A DNA stretch of 63,359 nucleotides, filler included, from Rhabdomonas costata (Eukaryota): assembly GCA_019059605.1 (NCBI GenBank). It is 49 parts of 49 records of this genome, joined end to end, with 100 filler letters (N's around TTAATTAATTAA, not from the genome) between each part and the next. Parts side by side here need not be neighbours in the genome. Positions count along the whole stretch, not along the records: positions 60,871 to 62,065 come from JAHMHO010024097.1; positions 62,166 to 63,359 come from JAHMHO010024098.1; 47 more parts are not named here. The stretch is one strand, 5' to 3'. Under the pieces are notes generated by a model that searched no databases, had not been told where the DNA came from, and saw nothing but the letters and a program-made list of their open reading frames with translations. Shown one piece after another: positions 61,083 to 63,359 of the stretch; position 1 is the first letter of the stretch, and the number at the start of each line of letters is the position of its first letter. The translations under genes and the position numbers were made by a program.

Positions 61083-62184
61083 CTGCATGCGAATGGAAAA
61101 GAAGCAGAACACCGTCCAACGTCCAAGCGGTGAGTGAGAGAGAGGATGGCGAAACAGAGTCCCATTGCAATCCGTGTGGTTTCTACAGCAAATAGGACAG
61201 AACACAGAAGACCCCCGTCAGGTGCGGGTGGACGAGAGTCGAATCGGAATGGGACGGGGAACAGAGACCCTACCATCCCTTACGGTTCTCCAACACGGGG
61301 TGTCCCTTGTGCCGTCTCAGAATTTATCTTTGTGTTTGAAACGCAAATCAATCGTAGGCAAGACACAGGAAACGGAGCAGCATGGCCAACAGAGCCCCTA
61401 TCACACATTGAGGGGCGCGTGCAATCAATGGATTTTCTCCATCGTGGCAAAAGCCAACCACAAAACTGCGTAGCTACACCCCTACGAATCAACGCAAACC
61501 CTGTGGGTGTGGTAGCTCTGCATAACAAGTAAAGTGAGGAAACAGCAAAGTTGCAAACAACGTTGAGCAAGTGGCCGCCGCACGGACGGACGGAACCGTT
61601 GGAAAAAATGCGAGATAAAGCGGAGGAATCAATCTCAATCGCAGATGAGGTAGGAAATGGCAGTCGGACTACCTGCACCGGTGCACTCCCTAACTTAACT
61701 CGTTTCTGGCAAAAGGGTCACGTTTCGTCAGTGCAGATGAGTGATCACCATTAAAAAAGGGTACCTCACCAATGGATCTGCTTGGCCAACCCTGAATTAA
61801 ATTCATGTAAGTAAATGCTGTTTGATGAGAGTCATTCTTTTAGGTTCCGCCCATCAAAAGGGGCACACGTTGCACGCAAGGACACACTGAGTTGGGTGTA
61901 AGGGGTCAACACTGGTTCGGATACTGTCATGCACCGAAATCGGATCGAATCCATATTTACGGTCTACCGCGCTGTGGTCTCGTTCTGGGGTGATGCCCAA
62001 GGCAACTCTGGCCGAATCCCACCCCACCGCACCCCAACCAGGACTTCCCTGTGGAATATGGGGGGNNNNNNNNNNNNNNNNNNNNNNNNNNNNNNNNNNN
62101 NNNNNNNNNTTAATTAATTAANNNNNNNNNNNNNNNNNNNNNNNNNNNNNNNNNNNNNNNNNNNNTTGGTTTGGTAAGTGACAC

Positions 62185-62280
62185 CTGGTAGGGGTGGTGG
62201 GCCTTCATATACTCCGTCACCTTGGGCACCAAAGATGCCCGCGTCTTGATCAACAGAAGCCGCTCCTTGTCATGGGAAAG
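62185..62280 (-). CDS. cutA: Exon of CutA divalent-cation tolerance protein
   Basis: LSHDKERLLLIKTRASLVPKVTEYMKAHHPYQ fits ExLLxIKT...HPY(E/Q); CAG/GT boundaries. Confidence 0.85.
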
Positions 62281-62472
62281 CTGCAGCGGAAAAATGGAGA
62301 TAAATTTGCTGGGCCAGGATAAATCGGCGTTGTGGTGCTCAAAAATAAGGCTTCTTTGCAAGAAGAACCCATGATTCTTTAGAACTGCAGTTGCCCAAGA
62401 AGGCTGCACCACACCTGTGAGATTTCTCACTCGCCGCGGACATTCAGAGTTAAGTGACGAGTTGGCGGCCTC

Positions 62473-62516
62473 CTCCCAACACTCCCACTCCCAACACTCC
62501 TAACACTCCCAACACT
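62473..62516 (+). repeat. Short tandem CTCCCAACA repeats
   Basis: About four to five imperfect copies. Confidence 0.6.
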
Positions 62517-63359
62517 CATTTTCTCATCCGCTGCAAGACCACTGCCCTCTTGTCAGTGAGAAAGCGGGATGGAATGCTGCGAACGCTTTTTGTGCAATTG
62601 TCAAATCCCCCAACTGAGTGTAATCGTTTCTTCGGTTTCTTGTGACTGACGACGTCCCCTTTTGCTCTCTTGTTTCGCTTGCACGCGCCTTTGAGTGGAA
62701 ACTCGAGAATAACCACCCCTCTAAAAAACAGGCACGGTGTAGAAATTTCCGCCGCGCCTGCTTAGGATGCCTAAGAACCTCGTTGTGGAACCTAAGTAGG
62801 AGTACTTCATGTTGGCACCGGAGTGCGTGAACAAATGTGTTTACAGTCACCTTATCGGCCATTTTTGGCCCAAAACCTCGCCCTATTCGCTGTTTGACAT
62901 CCGCCATGGTCACTCCGGACCGGACCAGAGATCTAACATTGACCTCAGAACTCGAGCTAGAGTGGGTCAATGTTGGATTGGAAAACATGATGATGTCCCT
63001 CCCCGTCCTGCACATTTTGGGGCCCAACATTGACCACCGGGGGGCAACGAGATGCAGGTTTGCGGTCCATTTCGAACCCCTTTTGAGTTTCGCCAGCTGA
63101 TTTTGCCCACATGCACACGTCTTACATCAATATCAAACATGACATCTGATCTTGTCTTATGAGACTGGTGTTTGGCGTTCAGCAAACAGGGCATATAAAC
63201 ACTAACATAATACACCGACTGATCGAGTCCAGGGTGTCCTCGTCGCCTGCCGACGCCGCGGAGCTCCTGGGGGAGGCCGAGGACAACGAGGAGCTCACAG
63301 GGCAAGGCCGGGTGAGTTCCTCGGCGAGGGAGGGGTACAGTTCTGCCCCCCACCACCAC

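Noticed and set aside
102-63359. Most ORF-track entries, including those ending in X...LIN
   Set aside because: They run through N spacers or introns, or are antisense to real exons; LIN is the translated linker
1-63359. rRNA, tRNA or spliced-leader RNA genes
   Set aside because: None recognised by eye; a tRNAscan-SE or Infernal run would be needed to exclude divergent ones

Overview
This window is not one locus. It is an artificial concatenation of 49 unrelated contigs of about 1.19-1.20 kb, joined by 48 identical 100-nt spacers (44 N + TTAATTAATTAA + 44 N), so nothing can be inferred from neighbourhood across spacers. Many contigs start with G/T-only tracts and end with A/C-only tracts, and four carry terminal fold-back repeats, which points to a whole-genome-amplified (single-cell or low-input) library. 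The DNA is mostly from an intron-rich eukaryote with short exons and GT-AG introns, so most supplied six-frame ORFs are spurious and the real genes must be spliced by hand. Recognisable gene fragments are a trypanosomatid-like NADH-fumarate reductase N-terminus (flavinylation motif + ApbE domain, suggesting a euglenozoan host), a class II-like histone deacetylase, two ABCG/PDR transporter fragments, a prokaryote-type bifunctional PGI/PMI, a SERCA-type Ca-ATPase, an M3A oligopeptidase, TopBP1-like and other BRCT proteins, a purple acid phosphatase, CutA, and TMEM115-like, KH-like and possibly INTS2-like proteins. There is also a decayed Ty3/Gypsy reverse transcriptase and a bacterial hsdS fragment fused to host-like DNA. 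The best candidate for undescribed biology is a set of non-coding repeat modules on four contigs, built from covarying hairpins with C-GNA-G or C-GAAA-G loops and tandem G.A pairs, which suggests an element acting as single-stranded nucleic acid. All protein assignments come from motif recall, not database searches.
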